53,302 bases of DNA from positions 1 to 53,302 of the forward strand of contig JAYUZR010000021.1 of the NCBI GenBank assembly GCA_043751595.1, in the 5' to 3' direction. The notes beneath the pieces were generated by a model. That model saw nothing but the letters and a program-made list of their open reading frames with translations. It was not told the DNA's origin and ran no database searches. This stretch comes from Candidatus Berkelbacteria bacterium (GTDB taxonomy: Bacteria; Patescibacteriota; UBA1384; CAILIB01). Shown here piece by piece: positions 19,000-29,254 of this stretch (position 1 is the first letter of the stretch; the number at the start of each line of letters is the position of its first letter). A program made the translations under genes and the position numbers.

Positions 19000-19124
19000 G
19001 ACGATGTATTAGTTGGGTTACTTACCTGCGCAGTATGCCAGAAGTTCTGTGTTTTGGGAGGGCTAGTCAAGGATTTTATTGGTTGGAATAGCCTTTCGGT
19101 GTCACCAAGTCTTTGCTTAACTGA

Positions 19125-19153
19125 TTGACAAATGATTAAATTAATGGTAGAAA
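19125..19153 (+). promoter_or_regulatory. candidate sigma70-type promoter
   Basis: TTGACA (19125-30), 17-nt spacer, TAGAAA (19148-53). The ATG at 19179 lies only about 20 nt downstream of the predicted start site. Confidence 0.45.
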
Positions 19154-19178
19154 TCACACATCAAAAACGTCGACGATT

Positions 19179-19562
19179 ATGTCGACAAAGTACCTTGAGG
19201 AGAATAAAAAGATGGTTGCAACAGAACGATTTCGCGCCACGGGGCGCCGGAGAATCGCACGGCGGCGTGTAGCTCTACGGCTTCCGCGAATCACTCGGGA
19301 GGAGTTTCTTCGGGAATGCCTCCTTCCGTTTTTTCAGGCGAGCTTCCGGGTCCACCCCGGAGATCGCCACGACAAGCTCGATGACTTGGACCGGCGTTTT
19401 TTAATCTGCCGGATCCCAGAGCTTCGAACGGAGCTCTCGGTCCGCTCCGTCTGGAGCGGCGTCGAGATGGTCGCAGTCTCATTCCTTGGCGCCATTGGCG
19501 CATGGCTCTTTAGCTGCCTCTACATCTTGGGGGGCGGAATCTCCGGATTCTTCTCTCGCTAA
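19179..19562 (+). CDS. hypothetical Arg-rich protein with C-terminal TM helix
   Basis: 127-aa ORF with a consensus-like promoter upstream, a C-terminal hydrophobic helix (VAVSFLGAIGAWLFSCLYILGGG) and a hairpin just downstream. No family recognised. Confidence 0.4.
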   Translation: MSTKYLEENKKMVATERFRATGRRRIARRRVALRLPRITREEFLRECLLPFFQASFRVHPGDRHDKLDDLDRRFLICRIPELRTELSVRSVWSGVEMVAVSFLGAIGAWLFSCLYILGGGISGFFSR

Positions 19563-19600
19563 AAAGAACGCGCCGGTCCCCCACGGGATCGGCGCTTTCG
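19562..19600. terminator. bidirectional terminator between convergent genes
   Basis: GCGCCGGTCCC-ccac-GGGATCGGCGC (19570-19595), with an A-run upstream and T-rich sequence on both sides. Confidence 0.6.
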
Positions 19601-19603
19601 CAT

Positions 19604-20359
19604 TTACTCAGGCTTTAGACGCAACCAAGGCTTATTCTTGAGAACCCTTCGCAAGCCTTCCAGATCGTCCATCGCCGTGCGATACACATTCACCGTAGTG
19701 CCCGGATCATCAGTCCAAAATACTGGCTCTTGGTGAATCTTTCCGCCTGACTTTTCGGTGATCAAGATAAGTTCGGTATCAAAAAACCAGGTAACATCTT
19801 CAACCAACGAAACATAGTGTAGAGCCGCTTGTTTGGTAATTCCTTTAAACCCACACTGAAAATCACGAATTCTGGAGCCGGCAATCATCTGCACTAAGCC
19901 GCAGTACACGCGAGAAGTAAGCTCGCGCCAAGGATTACGCCCAACTACCTTCGACCCCTTGCCAAGCCGTACCCCAATCGCCAAAGCTGCACCGGCATCC
20001 AACGCAGCCAAAGAAGGAGTAATATGAGCAACATCGGTAGAGAGATCGATATCCATGTACATCGAGTAATCGAAATCTTCTTCTAGCCAAATCTTTTTAA
20101 GCATCCGTCCCCTACCCTTTTGCTCGAGGCGGATGTGGCGCACTTTGCCTGGAAACTCCTCACTTAGCGCCTTAGCGATAGCTGGAGAACTATCAGTAGA
20201 AGCATTATCCCCCACCGCGATTTGGTAACTGTATTTGGCGGGATCGAGTGAATCAGCCACTGTCATTAGCTTTTTTACAGAATCGGCAAGCTGAACCTCT
20301 TCGTTATAAATAGGTAGCACGAACAGAACCTTCTTTGGGGCAGCTACTCCTTCTTGCAT
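19604..20359 (-). CDS. family 2 glycosyltransferase (polyprenol-phosphate sugar transferase-like)
   Basis: GT-A signatures VLPIYNEE, GDNASTDSS and DIDLS (DxD). Confidence 0.8.
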   Translation of the reverse strand: MQEGVAAPKKVLFVLPIYNEEVQLADSVKKLMTVADSLDPAKYSYQIAVGDNASTDSSPAIAKALSEEFPGKVRHIRLEQKGRGRMLKKIWLEEDFDYSMYMDIDLSTDVAHITPSLAALDAGAALAIGVRLGKGSKVVGRNPWRELTSRVYCGLVQMIAGSRIRDFQCGFKGITKQAALHYVSLVEDVTWFFDTELILITEKSGGKIHQEPVFWTDDPGTTVNVYRTAMDDLEGLRRVLKNKPWLRLKPE

Positions 20360-20470
20360 GGGTAGATGCTACCTTATTTGCAGATCAGCAGCAATCTGGG
20401 GGCTAGGTACTGTAACTGGGGCGCGATTTGTGCTATAAGAATCCCACGAAAAGAAAAGAGGATTCACCAG

Positions 20471-20983
20471 TTGGGGCCAAACTTAGTAGTGCCACTTGAA
20501 GTTGTTGAGTTTTTGGGGCGGCGCAAGGCGCTCCAGAACATTGGGATGCTTAGCTGTGTCGTCGCAGCCATTCTGTGGATGAACCACAGTAGCTGGAGTA
20601 ATTCAGTAGCCATCTCAGCTCTTTTGCTAGCCTTTCTACATGCAGTAGCGGCCTGCAATCGGGTTGACTATCAGTTGCTGAAAAAGGCATGGACAGTATG
20701 GGAAGCGCAAACCCTCGCCATAAAGCCCGAAGGGATTACCCTCCTGAAGGCAATCGCTGCCGACTCACGCGAAGCTGGATGCGTAGATTCCTGCAAGGGA
20801 TATCTCACCGTTCAGTTTCCTAACGGAGAGGTTGCGGAAGTAGAATCGAGGGTTTTTGTCTCAAGAGGAGAGGGGTACGCCATCCATGTAACCCTCGGCC
20901 GGTACGACTCGATAACCGGAAAATACCGCATCGACCTTGCGGACATCACCACGCCGACGGGCCATCTCACGATCGCCCACTAA
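20471..20983 (+). CDS. hypothetical small membrane protein (start uncertain)
   Basis: The ORF is open from 20366. An in-frame TTG at 20471 has AGAGGA 8 nt upstream. Two hydrophobic helices precede a soluble C-terminal domain; terminator at 20993-21027. Confidence 0.45.
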   Translation: MGPNLVVPLEVVEFLGRRKALQNIGMLSCVVAAILWMNHSSWSNSVAISALLLAFLHAVAACNRVDYQLLKKAWTVWEAQTLAIKPEGITLLKAIAADSREAGCVDSCKGYLTVQFPNGEVAEVESRVFVSRGEGYAIHVTLGRYDSITGKYRIDLADITTPTGHLTIAH

Positions 20984-20992
20984 CCAAAAGAA

Positions 20993-21027
20993 GCGTCTTC
21001 GTAGCACCTGCTACGAAGACGTTTTTA
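20993..21027 (+). terminator. intrinsic terminator
   Basis: 12-bp stem CGTCTTCGTAGC/GCTACGAAGACG followed by TTTTT. Confidence 0.75.
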
Positions 21028-21149
21028 ATTACCAAAAGCCCTCCAGTACTATTAATTTAGCGTTAAATATGCTATAACCTTCGCACGCTAAAGGAACTTC
21101 CTAGAGCGAATTCACAATTTGTCCGGTAACCCCGGATCGGAGAGTAAAA

Positions 21150-21641
21150 ATGAACAGTTCAACTGTTAAGCCCCTCGCCCGAATCGAGCCCAATGCAGCT
21201 GTGCGCCACGCACTCATGCAGAAGACTCAATTCACAGTAGCTCTTTCTGGCCTAGCCAGTCTGGGGATACTACTTTTTATGCGAGAGGTCCAGCCATCTT
21301 TGGTGGTAGCCCTCGCTTTTTTGTTGGCGCTACGAGCAACTCAGTTGTTTCGTACCTTCCAGCCAGTCCTCGACCAGTGGGGACAAGAGCTCACAAGCAT
21401 GGCGATCTCTCTAAGCGGCCAGTACATCCGGCTGCACGAGACGAGTCGTCTCGCCGGGGCACCAGGCCTTGATGGTGTCGAGTACATTCTCACCTTCCTA
21501 ACGGGTGAGAATAGGCTACATAGCTTCCCCTGCCTGGTTCCAGGTATCGGCGAAGGGCCTGTAACCGAGTACTTCCAAGTTAGTCTTGCGGAATATCGAA
21601 TAGACGGGCGCCTTGCTCTTCTCCACGGTACCTTCCGCTAA
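21150..21641 (+). CDS. hypothetical small membrane protein, possible paralogue of the preceding gene
   Basis: GGAGAG lies 6 nt upstream of the ATG. Two hydrophobic helices precede a soluble C-terminal domain; terminator follows at 21650-21685. Confidence 0.5.
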   Translation: MNSSTVKPLARIEPNAAVRHALMQKTQFTVALSGLASLGILLFMREVQPSLVVALAFLLALRATQLFRTFQPVLDQWGQELTSMAISLSGQYIRLHETSRLAGAPGLDGVEYILTFLTGENRLHSFPCLVPGIGEGPVTEYFQVSLAEYRIDGRLALLHGTFR

Positions 21642-21649
21642 AACCCCGA

Positions 21650-21685
21650 CCCCGCACTGCATTCGCAGGCGGGGTTTCGGCTTTT
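21650..21685. terminator. bidirectional terminator (21150..21641 gene and recO converge)
   Basis: CCCCGC(A)CTGC-attc-GCAGGCGGGG stem followed by TTTCGGCTTTT. Confidence 0.6.
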
Positions 21686-22465
21686 CTAGACTCCAGCGCT
21701 ACTTAGTGGTCGCCCGATAATCGTCTGCATGTAATGCAGCACCACTTTTACCACTTCCTCCCCCACCTCTTGGGGTAACTGCAAACGCTCCACCACAAAC
21801 TCGGGCAGCACCATTTGCCGAAGCGCCACCACGCTGCGTATATCCTGAAACCTAAGTGCGCGACCACCCTCAGTACGCATCCCCTCCATTGAAAGTACAC
21901 CTCCAAGCTCACTACTCCACCCTACCCCATCACTGGTTACCCGCTCATTCGTCACCACACAGTCTTCAAGGTTTGGCGTGTACCCAAGCACTACTAGAGC
22001 CTTCATCAAAAACTCAGCCACCAGCAACCGAATCCGCCAATCAGGTTCATCTCCTTGGCAGGCGTAGGCCAAGCGCTCGAGGGTATAAAATAAGCCATCA
22101 AAGAGGTCCCACTGTACTTCTCTCTCCTGGAGCAAGCGGATAAGTGGCTCAAGTAATAGCGAACCAAAGCCAAGGTAGCGAAGCGAGGCCTCACCAAGCT
22201 CTTGCGGAGCCAGTAACTGTGCTTGGCCTATCAAATACCAGTCTCCTGTCTCAATCAGCTCAAGTCGCGCCACATGGTACAGCAATAGGTGCCCGCCAAG
22301 TTTGCTCCCAGGTTTTCGCACTCCCCTGCCGCGCGCCCTAATTACCCCAAACTCGCGCGTAAATAATAAGTAGGAGCGGTCAGCATCAAAGACATCGTTC
22401 CGCCGCAAGACAATCGCCGTTGCCTTGTGCTCTTTTGTGCGATCTCGCATGACTAGTGCTGGCAA
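21686..22465 (-). CDS. recO: DNA repair protein RecO
   Basis: N-terminal OB-fold pattern ATAIVLRRNDVFDADRSYLLFTREFGVIRARGRGVRK..SKLGGHL, about 250 aa, overlaps mutM. Confidence 0.75.
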   Translation of the reverse strand: MPALVMRDRTKEHKATAIVLRRNDVFDADRSYLLFTREFGVIRARGRGVRKPGSKLGGHLLLYHVARLELIETGDWYLIGQAQLLAPQELGEASLRYLGFGSLLLEPLIRLLQEREVQWDLFDGLFYTLERLAYACQGDEPDWRIRLLVAEFLMKALVVLGYTPNLEDCVVTNERVTSDGVGWSSELGGVLSMEGMRTEGGRALRFQDIRSVVALRQMVLPEFVVERLQLPQEVGEEVVKVVLHYMQTIIGRPLSSAGV

Positions 22466-23310
22466 TTAGCGCAAAAATGCGTCGAGCGGCCACCAAGCTT
22501 AATTCTTTCAATGGGAGATCCGCAAACTACACACGGCAAGCCTGTGCGATGGTACACCGTTGCCACAGCCAAGAATGTACCCTTATTTCCCACCGCATCC
22601 ACATAATCGCGACTACTGGATCCGCCGTGCTTGAGGGCGATTTCGAGCGTTTCTTTAATTGCAGCATGCAATGCAACAAGCTCCTCAGTACTCAAAGAGT
22701 TAGCCGGACGAAGCGGCAAAATCTTAGCCCTAAACAAGCTCTCATCAGCATAAATATTACCCAGACCTGCGATAATCGTTTGATCCAGCAGTAATGGCTT
22801 AATGGGCGATGTGCGCTTGGCTAGTTTTTGGGTCAAATAGTCTACCGTAAACTCGGGGCTGGCCGGCTCAGGAGCAAGTGTTTTAATAAAGCGAACCTCA
22901 GCCAATTCTGCAGCCGGAACAATCTGAATCTTGCCAAACTTTCGCAAATCGTTAAAAAACAGTTGCGAACCATCACTTAACGCAAAGGAAAACCGAGTAT
23001 GACGATGCGGATGTGGCTCCAGATAAGACTTTTCTGGATGGCCTCCCATTACCGGATCTTCACCATTGGCTGATTGCCAGATAAGCTGGCCAGTCATCTT
23101 TAGGTGGATCGTAATAACATAGGGAACATCAAGCTTAAAAATAAGCAGCTTTCCCAGGCGCTCTACAGCAGTAATAGTAGCGCCCTGCACCGTACCTAAA
23201 TCTCCAATAACCGCTTTAGGAAAGTGCAATTCGCCGCCGGTAATTTTGAGTCCCACAATACGAGCCGCCAACCCTTTTCTAATGGTTTCAACCTCGGGTA
23301 ATTCTGGCAT
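22453..23310 (-). CDS. mutM: formamidopyrimidine-DNA glycosylase Fpg/MutM
   Basis: MPELPEVE catalytic N-terminus, H2TH region, C-terminal zinc finger CVVCGSPIERIKLGGRSTHFCANCQ. Confidence 0.9.
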   Translation of the reverse strand: MPELPEVETIRKGLAARIVGLKITGGELHFPKAVIGDLGTVQGATITAVERLGKLLIFKLDVPYVITIHLKMTGQLIWQSANGEDPVMGGHPEKSYLEPHPHRHTRFSFALSDGSQLFFNDLRKFGKIQIVPAAELAEVRFIKTLAPEPASPEFTVDYLTQKLAKRTSPIKPLLLDQTIIAGLGNIYADESLFRAKILPLRPANSLSTEELVALHAAIKETLEIALKHGGSSSRDYVDAVGNKGTFLAVATVYHRTGLPCVVCGSPIERIKLGGRSTHFCANCQH

Positions 23311-24326
23311 TACCGTGGAAAATACTTTCGGATCTGACGGTGCAGCACAATGGCGCGCAAAACTTCTGCCAGCACTGAGGGATCGTGCCGAATAAGGGTG
23401 CGTTGTGCCGCAAGCGGATCGCTCCCCTTTACCTTTTCCTTAGGCGCACCTAGCAACTTAGCTCCAATAAGTTGATACGGGAGTTTAGCGCGGCTTCCAC
23501 GCGCTAATTGCACGGGAATACGCTCCATTTCTTTGCGATAGCGCTCCAGACGAGCCGTATCGGCAATCTGGGTGTTATACACCACGTAATCCAAGCCTCG
23601 CGCGGGCAAGTATTCCATCATCAAGGCGGCATAGTCTTGTACCGTAAAACTGCCGGTATGCCCTTTTTCGGTCATTAAATTAGAGATGTAGACCAGTGGC
23701 GCCTTGGTGGTAGTAAGCGCCTCCTGCATGCCTTCTACGAGCAAATTAGGAATAAGGCTAGTAAAGATACTACCCGGGCCCATCACGATAAGATCAGCCG
23801 CTAAAATAGCTCTGCGCGCTTGTGGATGCAGCTGGCAGGCTGGCTCGAGCCAAATCTTTTCTACACTCCCTAACTCAGACCAGACTGCCGTATCTACCTG
23901 GTGCTCGCCAGTGATAAGGCGACCATCGGTAAAACGCGCTGCCAAGTGCACATTGGCCGTGGTAACCGGAATTACTTCTCCTTTAATATTGAGCACCTTA
24001 CCCGCCTCGAGCACGGCTTGATCAAACGACCCGGTTACTTTTTCGAGGGCTGAGAGAAACAGATTACCAAAGGCATGGCCCTTTAGCGTACCCTCTTCAA
24101 ATCTGTAAGAAAAAAGCTCACGCAACACTGAACCATCTTCGGAAAGGGCTACTAAGGCCTGCCGAATATCGCCAGGAGGTAGCACTCCGAGCTCATCCCG
24201 AAGTTGGCCAGTAGAGCCGCCGTTATCGGCCGTAGATACAATTGCCGTAACAGGTATATCGAGCTCTCGCATACCAGAGAGCACGCTGAAGGTTCCGGTT
24301 CCGCCCCCTATTACTACGATTCGCAT
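23310..24326 (-). CDS. YvcK/CofD-like (UPF0052) protein
   Basis: MRIVVIGGGTGTFSVLSGM dinucleotide-type loop and STADNGGSTG. Start placed at the internal Met (24326); the ORF is open to 24458. Confidence 0.75.
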   Translation of the reverse strand: MRIVVIGGGTGTFSVLSGMRELDIPVTAIVSTADNGGSTGQLRDELGVLPPGDIRQALVALSEDGSVLRELFSYRFEEGTLKGHAFGNLFLSALEKVTGSFDQAVLEAGKVLNIKGEVIPVTTANVHLAARFTDGRLITGEHQVDTAVWSELGSVEKIWLEPACQLHPQARRAILAADLIVMGPGSIFTSLIPNLLVEGMQEALTTTKAPLVYISNLMTEKGHTGSFTVQDYAALMMEYLPARGLDYVVYNTQIADTARLERYRKEMERIPVQLARGSRAKLPYQLIGAKLLGAPKEKVKGSDPLAAQRTLIRHDPSVLAEVLRAIVLHRQIRKYFPR

Positions 24327-24468
24327 AGCACTACGGTAGCAGATAATTTGAAAAGGACAGAGTAGCCACCTTGCCAAGTAGCCTAGAGATTGGTAGCGTG
24401 GTTCTGCCTCGACCGTCGTTCTAAAAAGCGACTCGATGCGTTGAACCCCCTTCATCAACGCTTATTTT

Positions 24469-24822
24469 ATGAGTGCACCTGCAAACCCTACCTCTCCGCT
24501 GTACTGGCGCTCACTCATCAATCAGAGTGCCGTTCGCTTCTTTATTCTGCGTGCCCTCTGGGATCAGGATTCTTATGGATATATTCTTTCTCGCCAGATT
24601 GAGGAGCTTTCCTGGGGCTTCTGCACACCTACTGAGAGTACGCTCTACCCTGCTTTGAATGATTTAGAGAAGCGCGGGCTAATCCACAGCAGTAAGACCA
24701 CCGCTAATTCTCGAGTACGCAAGGTGTATCACATTACAGAGACAGGCCGCTTGGCGTTCAGGACAGCCGCAAAGACCTGGGGAGAGATTATTCCAGCGCT
24801 AAGGAAGAGTACGACACTTTAA
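24469..24822 (+). CDS. PadR-family transcriptional regulator
   Basis: Winged-helix pattern FFILRAL..DSYGYILSRQIEE....STLYPALNDLEKRGLI. Confidence 0.8.
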   Translation: MSAPANPTSPLYWRSLINQSAVRFFILRALWDQDSYGYILSRQIEELSWGFCTPTESTLYPALNDLEKRGLIHSSKTTANSRVRKVYHITETGRLAFRTAAKTWGEIIPALRKSTTL

Positions 24823-24835
24823 GCCATACATTAAG

Positions 24836-24872
24836 AAGGCCCGATAGCAGTGATGCTATCGGGCCTCTTTTT
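24836..24872 (+). terminator. intrinsic terminator after the PadR gene
   Basis: AGGCCCGATAGC-agtgat-GCTATCGGGCCT followed by CTTTTT. Confidence 0.8.
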
Positions 24873-24989
24873 ATCACAACTTCCAACCTGGTGGCGCTTT
24901 CCAGACCTTGCTATGGGCAGGTGGAATCTTGACCACTTTTTGACAGAAAAAGGTAGGGCCGCGCTCGACGGCCCCACTCTTTATTCGTT

Positions 24990-25376
24990 CTAGTTCCGCG
25001 ACCACCAGGGTAGGTCCTTATCAGAGATACCCTCCTCGTTATCGCCCAGCCTTTGCACCGAAACTGGGGCGTATGGAGCAATTACTGGTCCGTTTTTCCC
25101 GTGATACACATAGTGGGGTCGCGCCTCTTGCGAGGTATCGTAGACCGCCTCAAGACCCAATTTTCTGAGAAGGTCAGGCTCGGAAAGCATCATATCCTGC
25201 AAGTCACCGTGTACCGCACTGCAGCGCGGACACTTTAAAAGATGATCCATCGGACTGGGTGGAGTGCCGCTAAGCACACACGCCAGGAGAACTCCGGCAT
25301 CAATGCAAGCATTTGGCTGCAATTTTGCCGGTAAAAACGGTCGATTCATCAGTCCCTCCAGGTTTTGTATTTGCAA
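24990..25376 (-). CDS. hypothetical protein
   Basis: 128-aa ORF downstream of the rRNA terminator, with its own hairpin (GGGCCG..CGGCCC, 24955-24980) after the stop. No family recognised. Confidence 0.4.
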   Translation of the reverse strand: MQIQNLEGLMNRPFLPAKLQPNACIDAGVLLACVLSGTPPSPMDHLLKCPRCSAVHGDLQDMMLSEPDLLRKLGLEAVYDTSQEARPHYVYHGKNGPVIAPYAPVSVQRLGDNEEGISDKDLPWWSRN

Positions 25377-25399
25377 GTCGGGTATATCACAACTTTTTC

Positions 25400-25436
25400 A
25401 TAAACACAAAATACCCGCCCTCCTTTCGGAGAACGG
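25400..25436 (-). terminator. rRNA operon terminator
   Basis: Minus strand reads CCGUUCUCC-GAAA-GGAGGGCGG (9 bp, GNRA loop) followed by GUAUUUUGUGUUU, about 20 nt after the 5S. Confidence 0.7.
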
Positions 25437-25457
25437 ATAATATAAAAACGAGATCTC

Positions 25458-25579
25458 AGTCTTGGCGGCGACCTATCTTCCCAGGGAGTTGCCCCCCAAG
25501 TATTGTCGGCGCTGGCGATATTCGCTTCCGTGTTCGGAATGGGAACGGGCGGTACCCCGCCGCAAAAGCCACCAAGACT
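25458..25579 (-). rRNA. rrf: 5S rRNA
   Basis: Minus strand contains CCCGTTCCCATTCCGAACACGGAAG. The terminal helix AGTCTTGGTGGC...GCCGCCAAGACT closes a 122-nt molecule. Confidence 0.85.
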
Positions 25580-25718
25580 GAAACCTCGTTGTTACGAGTG
25601 TGTACCAAAGTACAAACCGAATTGCAAGAAGAAAGGTAAGGAATCATTCACTAAAAGTGAAGTTCAGAGATTACCCGTCACGTTCGCCGACACGAATGAT
25701 CCATAAAGAATCACTCAT

Positions 25719-28919
<3,201 letters not shown>

Positions 28920-29210
28920 GGGTAATCTCTACCCTTCACACAAATGAATGTGCATTTCTAACTGTCTCATTCTACAAAAGAATGGACATGAGTAATCTCT
29001 AAAAATCCAATATTAATACGGTTATTACTAACCATACCAATTTACCTTCTTCTTGCGCTTCGGTTTGTCAATGATACGACACTCCCAGCGCTGCGGCTGG
29101 GCTGTGACCTTGTGTGGACACACAAGAACACAGCTCAACGCAGCGAGTTGTATACGGAAGGATCGTGATGGAACAAAATCTTGACCAGAGCACTTAAGGC
29201 GACAGGGATA

Positions 29211-29239
29211 GTTCTACCAGCCTCCGAAAGAGGTGTCAA
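29211..29239 (-). promoter_or_regulatory. candidate promoter for the 23S-5S unit
   Basis: Minus strand reads TTGACA (29234-39), a 17-nt spacer, then TAGAAC (29211-16). It lies about 285 nt upstream of the 23S 5' end, just after the ATPase stop codon. Confidence 0.35.
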
Positions 29240-29254
29240 GGGTTTTTAGCTCCT

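Noticed and set aside
24327-24458. 44-aa N-terminal extension of the YvcK-like ORF.
   Set aside because: Family members start close to the GGGTG loop, and the extension shows no conservation signal. The start is assigned to MRIVVIGGG, with some uncertainty.
24889-24897. TGGTGGCGC, which resembles the reverse complement of a tRNA 3' end (GCGCCACCA).
   Set aside because: No T-arm (GGTTCGAATCC-like) or cloverleaf can be drawn from the adjacent sequence.
29066-29071. A second TTGACA on the minus strand upstream of the 23S, considered as a tandem rRNA promoter. A TAGAAT at 28969-28974 was considered too.
   Set aside because: No acceptable -10 lies 16-19 nt downstream of this TTGACA, and the TAGAAT lacks a convincing -35. 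Neither was called.
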